Positions 23,501 through 32,411 of a DNA stretch of 64,000 bases are shown here, piece by piece (position 1 is the stretch's first letter; every line of letters starts with the position of its first letter). Position numbers and translations under genes: made by a program. Location of the stretch: NCBI GenBank assembly GCA_951406725.2, contig OX597818.1, positions 113,646,001 to 113,710,000 of the forward strand, read 5' to 3'. This DNA is from Octopus vulgaris (lineage: Eukaryota). The notes under the pieces are model-generated. The model worked only from the letters and a program-made list of their open reading frames with translations. It made no database searches and had not been told where the DNA came from.

Positions 23501-26500
23501 GTTAGGAAGGGCATCCAGCTGTAAAAACTTTGCCAAAACAGACACAGAAGTCTGGTGCAAGCTTCTGCCTTACCAGTTCCTGTCAAACCAGCATGGAAGG
23601 CGGACGTTAAACGATGATGATGAAACAGGTCTATATGCACAAGTATAGCTGGGTGGTTAAGAAGTTTGCTTCCAACCACATGGTCTTGGGTTCAGTCCCA
23701 CTGCATGGCGCATTGAACAACTCTGTTTTATTATAACTCCAGGCCATTCCAAACTGTGTGAGTGGATTTGATTGGCAGAAACTAAAAGGAATCCTTTATT
23801 TATGTGGATACATGTGTTTGTGTGTCCTTGTCTTGACATCATGTAACAGTTATAAATGAACTCTTACCATCCTACAAATGGTTTCATATCCAATCCTCCA
23901 TGAAGATAATAATATCTGACATTGAAGAAATATTGTTTTGCTTAGAAACAGGATCAACAGGAATGGCTAACAGCCTTGAAAAATCCTCCTCAACAAATTC
24001 TGCCTGACCCTTGCATGAACATGGAAAAGTAGACATTAAAACTACAACTGCAGCTGTAGTGTGTGGTTTTGTGTGTGAGAGAGAGAGAATAATTTCCTTT
24101 TATCAATGATTGAATTTTCTTTCCTAAATAGGGCTTTGCTAAAGTTTTTCTAATTCTTCATATCAGATTCTTTTCTAAAGCATATCTCTTTTGATTTTGC
24201 AGGATGTTAAACTTTATCACAAAACAAGGTGCTTCTTCAGCTCAATCTTTAGGTGTTATTGGTAAGTCCACAGTTACATTAGTTCTTGGAGATTGTGTTT
24301 ATTATAATTTTAATGGTTTGTCTTTCCATGTATGTATTCGCTTTTTTTGTGGGGGTAGGGTGCACCATAGCTGTCTATGTACTTATGTCCTCCTGTACAT
24401 TTGCACTTAAAAGTATCAGAGGATCATGTTTGTTCCTTCTCGAGCCATGCCTGGCTCATTAGGGCTGGTTTCCTTGGCATATAGGCTCCCAACCTGGATG
24501 GGACACCAGTCTGTCGCAGGTGAGCTGCAAGATGCAGGAGGAAAGAGTGAGAGAAAGTGGTGGCAAAATAGTCAGCAGAAATTTGCCTTTACCTTCTGCT
24601 GGAGCCGCATGGAGCTTAGGTGTTTCGCTCATAAACACACGCATCACCCGGTCTGAGATTCGATCCCTCAACCGCAAGTCCACTGCTCTAACCACTAGGC
24701 CATGTGCCTCCATGTTATAGATGTAGTCTTTCTCAATTATTCATTAATTAGTAAGAAATACAGTTAAATTCATTGCTGATAATGTTTTTCAAGCAAATCT
24801 AAAATGTGATAATACTAATATATCTTTAATAAGAGCTGAAGCTGCATCAAAGACAACAGCTTGCAGGAAGACTGAAATTTTGTATTCTATTAATTCTTGT
24901 TTAATAAAATAAATAACTTTGAAATTCTTTGGTTTGATTAAATCAAGGCTGTGGAGTCGAAACAAAAAACTTTGACTCCGACTCCTACTCTGACTCCTCT
25001 TTATGTAATAAAGTGATTGTGGTCTACATATCTCATAAAGCAGATGCATACGCTTGTACTTTGAGTAGGCCTATATCTTATAACTGGTTTATATTAAAGA
25101 ATAAAGATATTGTGAGTCAGAGTCGATATAGTTTTACCGACTCTGACTCCAGCAACCACTTAATTGTTTCCGACTCCACAGTCCTGGATTAAATCATTTA
25201 ATTATTCACAAATATAGAATTGTAAATCCATTAACTCGCCCATTCTTGTTTATCTCATTACTTTTTGAGTACAAATATGTTTCCTTTCATCCTTTTAAGG
25301 GTGAGGGCATAAGTACTGGGGCCAATCAAATTCACTCTTCTTCTGACCTCAGAATTTTGGATGTTTTATAAACGTTTATTATTATTATTATTTGATGAAA
25401 ACTTGCAGCTTATTTTGCTGGGCATGATGGAGAGTGTCACTTGTTCATGCTTCAAAAATTTTATTATTATTATTATTGCCTGTTATCCTTTCAGGGTTGA
25501 TAAAATAAGTACCAGTTATGCACTGGGGTCAATGTAAGCGACTTACCCCAACACTCGAACTTGCTGGCTTTGTGCCAAAATTTGAAACCATTCTCGTTAT
25601 TATTATTATTATTATTATTATTTTTGATGATTTGACTCTGGTTCGTTCTTATTCCTGATAGAATTTATGTGAGTAGCAGATTGCTACCTGTAATCTTAGG
25701 TATCCACAAGCTTTCAATAATCTTTCAAGTGCTCAAAACATTCCTGGTAATCTTCCCTATCCCTAAGAGGCAAACTTTCTGTAGAAGATCTACAGGACTT
25801 TCTATTCCAATCTCCTTCAGCCGTTTCTCTATATCTTTACTCACAATTCCCAATGAACCAATTATTTATAAGTGCAACGTTTACGATTCTCATATTCCAA
25901 ATTCTTGCAATTTCAAAAGAATAAACAATTACATTACAGCAATGAACTTTTTCTCGTTTCTTTCCAGCTTTGATGTACAGTGTCATTGGTGTCTTACTGC
26001 AGCTCGGCCGTGGCGTTGATGATGAAATAAATACACTAACGGCAGCCACAAGCACTGGTCTGCTTTACAAATCGTCTGGTAAGAATAATTTGTTTGTACC
26101 ATTGCAGCTCAACCAACTGTGAGGAATCCAGTTAAGGGTCTTCTTTGGGATTTGTTTTTCTAAGGGACATGGAAAGACATACAGACTAGTCATCATCATC
26201 ATCGTTTAACGTCCACTTTCCAAGCTAGCATGGGTTGGACGATTTTGACTGAGGGCTGTTGAACCAGATGGCTGCATCAGGCTCCAATCTTGATCTGGCA
26301 GTTTCTACAGCTAGATGCCCTTCCTAATGCCAACCACTCTGAGAGTGTAGTGGGTGCTTTTTACGTGCCACTAGCACGGGGGCCAGTCAGGCGGTACTGG
26401 CAATGACCTCGCTGAGTTTATTCAAGAAAAGCCACAGTCAACCCTTTAAATAGCTTCCATTATGTGTGAGCATGTAATCACATACAGTACATCATCGTTT

Positions 26501-26875
26501 AACATCCATCTTCCATGCATGAAAAGGTAGGACGGTTGACAGCAGTAGTCTCTGTTCTTCCAAATTAAAAGTTCAGGCAGTCTTGGAAGTCACAGCCTTG
26601 GACATAAATACTTTGGAACCGTTTAATTTATTAAAATTCTAGAAACTAAAATGATTGTAGATTTGTATTATACTTTTTGGAATGGTTTTTGTTTTTTGTG
26701 TCCAAATTTGAAAGATTTTAAAAAATATTTATTTCATCTGTTGTTCTATTTCTATATTTTTCCAGCTGGTTTGAAAAAGTGTGTACGTGCAGGTGGAATT
26801 GGTTTCAGCTTGGCTGCTGCTTATTGCTTATTTTCCAACCGAGACAGGATCAAATCTATGCTAAATTCTGATTAA
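17206..26875 (+). CDS. TIMM23: Mitochondrial inner membrane import translocase subunit Tim23 (whole gene span, 7 exons, 204 aa)
   Basis: Join of 17206-17287, 18268-18335, 20880-20976, 23040-23127, 24203-24261, 25968-26078, 26766-26875 = 615 nt in frame. Motifs SPYLNFDP, RGRLELAFSQIG, GGLNGL, LNFITKQGA and RGVDDEINT...TGLLYKS match the Tim17/22/23 family, Tim23 type. Confidence 0.96.
17582..17732. repeat. Near-perfect 66-bp-arm hairpin in TIMM23 intron 1
   Basis: ATATGAAAGAAAAAGGTGTTCAGAATGCTGGATGGTTGTAA... / ...TTACAACCATCCAGCATTCTGAACACCTTTTTCTTTCATAT. Confidence 0.9.
18268..18335 (+). CDS. TIMM23: TIMM23 exon 2
   Basis: VSAGGMGSVMSPYLNFDPAYIGA; ttccag / gtaagt. Confidence 0.94.
19820..20295 (-). 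mobile_element. RTE LINE reverse transcriptase fragment
   Basis: Minus strand reads SPLLFIIILQVIT...LFYADDLVL...GLRVNLAKTKVL. Confidence 0.8.
20303..20748. mobile_element. piggyBac-like MITE family B with a nested family A copy (20512-20733)
   Basis: The host matches the uninterrupted copy at 46721-46918; the insert is flanked by duplicated TTAA. Confidence 0.8.
20880..20976 (+). CDS. TIMM23: TIMM23 exon 3
   Basis: DSGSDFIFPEGASRQRGRLELAFSQIGGSVFA; ttgcag / gtaaag. Confidence 0.95.
22440..22885 (+). mobile_element. Decayed CR1-type LINE 3' end
   Basis: RVAGVWNKLPASVVSC motif and (TTA/TCA)n tail; same family as 33235-33576. Confidence 0.75.
23040..23127 (+). CDS. TIMM23: TIMM23 exon 4
   Basis: GAAVGGLNGLYSGFRETSTAQLTGAVRRTQ; aacag / gtaagt. 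Confidence 0.95.
24203..24261 (+). CDS. TIMM23: TIMM23 exon 5
   Basis: MLNFITKQGASSAQSLGVI; ttgcag / gtaagt. Confidence 0.95.
24430..24712 (-). mobile_element. Third tRNA-headed SINE family
   Basis: Minus strand begins GGAGGCACATGGCCTAGTGGTTAGAGCAG (A box), followed by a SINE-like body. Confidence 0.6.
24944..25186. mobile_element. hAT-type MITE
   Basis: TIRs CAAGGCTGTGGAGTCG / CGACTCCACAGTCCTG; 8-bp TSD GATTAAAT (24936-24943, 25187-25194); internal GACTCC subrepeats. Confidence 0.85.
25968..26078 (+). CDS. TIMM23: TIMM23 exon 6
   Basis: ALMYSVIGVLLQLGRGVDDEINTLTAATSTGLLYKSS; ttccag / gtaaga. Confidence 0.95.
26766..26875 (+). CDS. TIMM23: TIMM23 exon 7
   Basis: AGLKKCVRAGGIGFSLAAAYCLFSNRDRIKSMLNSD-TAA; candidate AATAAA at 27157-27162. 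Confidence 0.94.
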
Positions 26876-28559
26876 AAGATTTTTTTTTTCCTTTTTTTAA
26901 TTTGTTTTCATGTTTTCTTTTTTAATTAATTTATTTTTTAACATGAATGTAGTTGCTCAGAATTCCACTTTTGTTTACCATTCTTTAAAACTCATCATCG
27001 GACCATTATAAATATAAACTTTGGCATCGATCACGTTAAAATTCTATTGTTCAGTGTCAAATGCCATTTCTGGCCAATTCAATGTTTTCTCACACTATTT
27101 AAAGACAATGTCAGTAAGAACTATTTATCCATTCTCCAGAGATTCCAGAGAAACTAAATAAAAAAAAAAAGATCTAAACAATAACTGCCATTTTACCAAT
27201 TTATAAAAGAATGTTCTGTCTTTCTGACTTCTTTTGAACTTGATTTTTCTTTCTTTCTTTTTTTTTTTTTCTTTGTTTGTGGTTCTTCAGAAATGCAAAA
27301 ATCTATTGGGTGTTTGAACGTGGGAGAAGAGTTGGCACCCAGGTGTAATTGTTACAATTTATACTAGAGTAGTTGGTGTTAGGAAGGGCATCCAGCTGTA
27401 GAAACACTGCCAGATCAGACTGGAGCTTGGTGCAGCCTCCTGGCTTCCTAGACTCCAGTCGAACCGTCCAACCCATGCTAGCACGGACGTTAAATGATGA
27501 TGATGATGATAAGTGTGTTTGCAAATTTGAGCAAGCAAGAATTCCTGTCAAATTAGCAATCAATCATCATCGTCATCTTCGTTTAACACCCGCTTTCCAT
27601 GCTGGCATGAGTTGGACGGTTCGACCAGGGTCTGGGAAGCCAGGGGGCTGCACCAGGCTCCAGTTTGATCTGGCAGTATTTCTACAGCTGGATGCCCTTC
27701 CTAATGCCAACCACTCTGTGAGTGTAGTGGGTGCTTTTTACGTGCCACCAACATGGGACCAGTCAGGTGGCACTGGCATCGACTTTGCTCGAATAGTGCT
27801 TTTTACGTGCCAAAGAACTAATTAAAGTGACTTTGTCATAATTTAGCTGGCGTTTGGAACAAATCAACCTGAAATTTTGATGGAGGGTTATAATTTAGGT
27901 TATTTTAAACAGGAATTTGTGTCATACAACATGAGGTGAACATAGGTGGGTTGGCATCAAAAGGATTAAAGACCATAGAAGGTGGTGTGGCTATTATTGC
28001 TAGCTAGACAAGCAACCATGTAGAGGCTCCGTCTGCCTTGTATAATTCACTTGCTTGCTCTTGGATGCTTTTAGTGAAGTTCATCATCATTTGACATCTT
28101 TTGTCCATGCTGGCGTGGGTTGGATGGTTTGACCAGGGCTGATGGGCTGTACCAGATTCCAGTCTGGTTTAGCATGGTTTCTATGGCTGCATGTCCTTTC
28201 TGACACCAACCACTCCAAGAGTGTAATAGTTGCTTTTGCATGACGCCATTCATTATCTGCCACGATGACGATTTCACTTGGTTTGAGGGTCTTCTATTCA
28301 AGCACAGCAGATTCTTTTCTACAATAGGCACAAGGCCCGAAAGTTTTTTGGCGAGGTGGGGCAGGGGCAGATGATTAGATCAACCCCAGTACACAACTAG
28401 TACCTAATATATTGACCCCAAAAGGATGAAAAGGAAAATTGACCTTGGCAGAATTTGAACTCAGAATATAAAGACAGACGAAATACTGCTAAGCATTTTG
28501 CCCGGTGTGCTAATGTTTCTGCCAGCTCGCCGCCTTTCAAGTACAGCATATTGCGAAAG

Positions 28560-29110
28560 GACTTGGTCATGTGCCATTACCTCCATGAGGCCCAATACTC
28601 AAAAGGTGCTTTTTACATGTCCCCAGCACAGGTGTCAGTCACTAGTCATTGCCTTTGTGAGGCCCAATATTCAAGGATCATGCTTCACCCCCTCGTCCCA
28701 TGTTTTCCTGGGTCTCCCTCTTCCAGAATTCAAGATCAGCACTTCACACAACTGTCCACATCCATATGCATCACATGATCATACCAACACAGTCGTCTCT
28801 CTCTTGCAAACTACATCTTATGCCCAATTTTCCTCACAGGATGCCTGCTCTCAGTTGTACATCCAGCGAAGTACACCAGCTTCATTTCTTTCAAGTTTAC
28901 ACATGTCCTCAGCAGTCAGAGCCCATGTTTTACTGCTATGTAGCATGGCTGTTTGCACACAGGTGTCATACAATCTGCCTTTCACTCGGAACTTTCTCCA
29001 GTCTATTCTTATTCTAGCAGCCAAGCTCTTGGAGCATCAACTTCTGCTACTGACTTTTGGTTGCCTAGGTAACAGAAGCTATCAACTCCTTGTAGATTTC
29101 CATGCTGGCA
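28560..29110 (-). mobile_element. RTE LINE fragment
   Basis: Reverse complement of the same RT C-terminal sequence as at 47035-47590; explains ORF 28498-29115. Confidence 0.7.
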
Positions 29111-29589
29111 TTTGATGCAGACTATTTTCTGTATGTTTTGATGCAAACATTCAGGACCAGATCTTTCGTCATCATTATTTAACGCCTACTTTCCACGCTG
29201 GCATGGGCTGGAATGTTCAACAGGGAACCAGCTATATGCAGGGCAGCATCAAGCTCCAGTAATATCTTTGACATAGCACCAGCCACTTAACAGAGTGTAC
29301 TGGGTGCTTTATTTTTGGGCAACCATTATGAGTGGTGTTGCTATATAACTTGTTAAGGAGTTGGTCACTCCATCAGTGTCAATGATAATCGTTTGGTCAT
29401 CGTTAGGAGTGACCGGCCCCTGCACGATATGTTGTCACACCCTCACTAACACCTGCAGCAGCATTGCCAACCATATGACCAGAAATGGCAACCACGGCTG
29501 AATCATTGCATCATAATGACAACGTCAGCAATGGTGTTGCCAACAGCATCCCCAGGCCTGGAGCCCACCAGAAATATACCAGGAGTACG

Positions 29590-30170
29590 AATATAGCCAC
29601 CTCCCAAGTTTGTAAATATATCGGATCAGCCAGTACATCCTTCAAATAACGCTTCTATAACAACCAGTCATCCTTCAGAGTCACAGAAAAACGTTTTGTC
29701 ACACCCTTAGCCAGCCGTGTATGGCACCTCAAACATCAAGGGACCCCAGGTGGAAAATAACAGAACATCCAGGCTCATATATCAATGGGATTGGTCATTG
29801 CAAAATCTGCATCGCAGAGAGAACCAAAATTCTTAAGGACTAAACCTGGCGCGTTAAATGGTTGTACGTAGAGAAATTTTCTCTAAATGTGTCCATTTCA
29901 AGCGTCACCTACTGGAAAATTGGTTCTCCTCGTGTGCTGGTTGGGCTATTACAAGACTAAATGTTTTTTATCCTCTAGTCCGATGGAGATAAACCATCCT
30001 CATTAACGTTTTTATACGTTAGACATGAAATGTCATTATCCTAGCATTACCTAGAAATATTAAATTTTGTCTTTGTATAGAGTCTGACCAGCTATCCACA
30101 AGGCTGTGGCTTTCGTGGAAACGAAACCATTTGTAACTCTATAACCAGAAATTAACCTCTTGTTTTAATA
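29590..30170 (+). mobile_element. Penelope-like element remnant (GIY-YIG endonuclease C-terminus plus 3' repeat)
   Basis: From 29617 reads YIGSASTSFK*RFYNNQSSFR...LASRVWHLK, later CKICIAE; contains a stop and frameshifts. Confidence 0.8.
30076..30143 (+). ncRNA. Type I hammerhead-ribozyme-like motif (core point-mutated)
   Basis: Stem I TATAGAGT/ACTCTATA, core CTGACCA (G8 altered), stem II with TCCAC/GTGGA, GAAA, stem III AC-cattt-GT, GTA cleavage triplet. Lies 3' of a Penelope GIY-YIG remnant. Confidence 0.7.
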
Positions 30171-30453
30171 TATATACATACATCATCATTTAACGTCCGC
30201 TTTCCATGCTAGCATGGGTTGGACGATTTGACTGAGGACTGGCGAACCAGATGGCTGTGCCAGGCTCCAATCTGCATATATATATATATATATATTGATA
30301 GAAATGGTAAGACAACAAATGAATGAAAGAGACCTCGATATTATGTAAATAGAGGAATTTATCTGTAAATGTAATATGTGACAATTATTCGGTAGCCATG
30401 ATAAAACTCCGACTTTTGGATGGCGATGTGGAAATCCACGCCGCCATCTCTTC

Positions 30454-30512
30454 ATAACTGAAGAGATGGCGGTGTGGATTTCCACCTCAGCATCCGAAAC
30501 TCGGAGTTTTAT
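30454..30512 (+). ncRNA. Type I hammerhead-ribozyme-like motif in a 170-bp foldback
   Basis: ATAA-CTGAAGA-GATG...CATC-C-GAAA-CTC g GAG-T-T-TTAT; stems I-III can all form. Confidence 0.55.
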
Positions 30513-30554
30513 CATGGCTACTGAATAATTGTCACGCATTATATATATATAGAC

Positions 30555-30895
30555 AGATCACTACCAGAACTAGAGACAAAGTTTCAGATATGAAAGCAAG
30601 GTCTAGAACGGAAGGACCTTAGAGTTAACCTAGCAAAAACCAAAGTCTTACTAAGTAGGAAGGCAGGCAAATCACAAATCCCTTCAGTTAGATGGCTCTG
30701 CTCAATCTGTAGAAAAGGCGTAGGTAGATATTCCATAAGATGTACCCAGTGTAAGCTATGAACACATAAGAGGTGCAGCAATATCAAAGGAAAGTTAACA
30801 GGGAAAATAGCTTTTGTGTGTGGAAGATGCACAGGTAGAATAAAACAGAAAATAGACTCCATCAACAACCGGGAGGGTAAGCTAGAGGTTGTAGG
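30555..30895 (+). mobile_element. RTE LINE fragment (end of RT plus Cys-rich insert)
   Basis: LRVNLAKTKVLL...CSICRKGVG..SIRCTQCK..HKRC...FVCGRC, with in-frame stops. Confidence 0.8.
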
Positions 30896-30966
30896 GCAGG
30901 ATTCATGACACACGAACTGGAGACAGAAACTTCGCAGCGGGTCAGCTACGAATGGCAGGATTTCAG

Positions 30967-31725
30967 GGTTAATATCTAGATCCGCACCCGGTGGGAAAAA
31001 TGGAAACGAAACTGTGTAACAGTTGTAAGGCATCGTATATTGACGGAATAAGACGGAAAAAAAGCGCGCTGACAAACGGGGTTGGGGGGAGGGGGGCTCG
31101 GGAAATTCCCAGGATCAACCGTAGAGGATCCACGCCCAGGTGGCAAAAATGGAAAAAAATATGTGTAACAGGTGTAAGGCATCGTATATTGAAGGAATAT
31201 GACGAAAAAAAAGGGGGGGGGGGGCTCGGAAAATTGCCTACGATTTAAAGAAAAATTTACCATCAATTTTCACCATTGTGTTTCTGATTCGCGACCCCAT
31301 GTCGAATTTATCGATTTTTTTCAGAACTGGGGGAACTTTTCAAAATTTTCGCTGCGTTAGTTTTGAATTATGACATTGGGCTATGTGTGTGAAATGCGTT
31401 TAAAATGGTGAAAATTGATGGTAAATTTTTCTTTAAATCGTAGGCAATTTTCCGAGCCCCCCCCCCCCCCCCCGCTTTTTTTTCGTCATATTCCTTCAAT
31501 ATACGATGCCTTACACCTGTTACACATTTTTTTTTCCATTTTTGCCACCTGGGCGTGGATCCTCTACGGTTGATCCTGGGAATTTCCCTCTCCCCCCCCC
31601 CCCCCCCCCCCCCCCGTTTGTCAGCGCGCTTTTTTCCGTCTTATTCCGTCAATATACGATGACTTACAACTGTTACACAGTTTCGTTTCCATTTTTCCCA
31701 CCGGGTGCGGATCTAGATATTAACC
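30967..31725. mobile_element. Foldback / Mutator-like non-autonomous DNA transposon
   Basis: About 310-bp terminal inverted repeats (30967-31277 / 31404-31725) starting GG; 9-bp TSD GGATTTCAG at 30958-30966 and 31726-31734. Confidence 0.88.
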
Positions 31726-32263
31726 GGATTTCAGAAGACTTTCTTCTGAAATTCTGTGTTTGTGTGTCTAATATGTTAAAACAATATTTTCCAAATCTGT
31801 TGCCTGACATCGAGGAATTTCCACGGATCACGCGAATACAGAATTATTTCCCTTAGATTTAAAACTTTTCGAGTAGCTTCCCTTTAATTACCATAAAGTG
31901 TTTAGTGTCGTACTTTTATGAAGTCAATCGAACACATTTGATTTTCTAGAAACTTATTAAAGTGCTACAAATATATAAAAAGTATGGTATCATTAAAATT
32001 AGAAAACTTTCGATAATTAAACTAGATTATATAATTTGCAAACACAAATGTATCTGTGTTTATATTATGTAACTACGGTAATCGGAAATAGGTTTGAAGG
32101 TTGAAGCTTTCTAAGCATGCTGTCGCTTGGAACCGAACCATCGTCGCCTTCCTCATAATCTTGTCTGTAGTTTAGCCTGGGTTATATCCTACTCTAGGGG
32201 AACTTCTGAGTGGTGTCTGGACCTGGTAGAAGTAGCAGTCACAACAACAGAATCGATCTTGAA

Positions 32264-32411
32264 ATGACGAGGCTTACAGAAGTCTTAAGTCGGGGCCGAC
32301 GACCCGGTTATCATGGGAAGTTCACCAATTACAAAGAAGTGTTTCCCTATAAACTGCCTTTGCCTCCGATCCTTAAGAACAGTGTATCGAATAAGAAAGA
32401 CAAATCGAAAG
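32264..32411 (+). CDS. CHCHD1: CHCHD1 exon 1
   Basis: [15 protein letters not shown]...KKDKSK, G|gtaaga; an in-frame TGA upstream fixes this ATG as the start. Confidence 0.87.

Noticed and set aside
28455-29115. 205-aa plus-strand ORF
   Set aside because: Antisense reading of an RTE LINE fragment plus SINE sequence.
30976-31856. Pair of similar ORFs (MPYTCYT...) on opposite strands
   Set aside because: Mirror images produced by the foldback TIRs; no transposase motifs.
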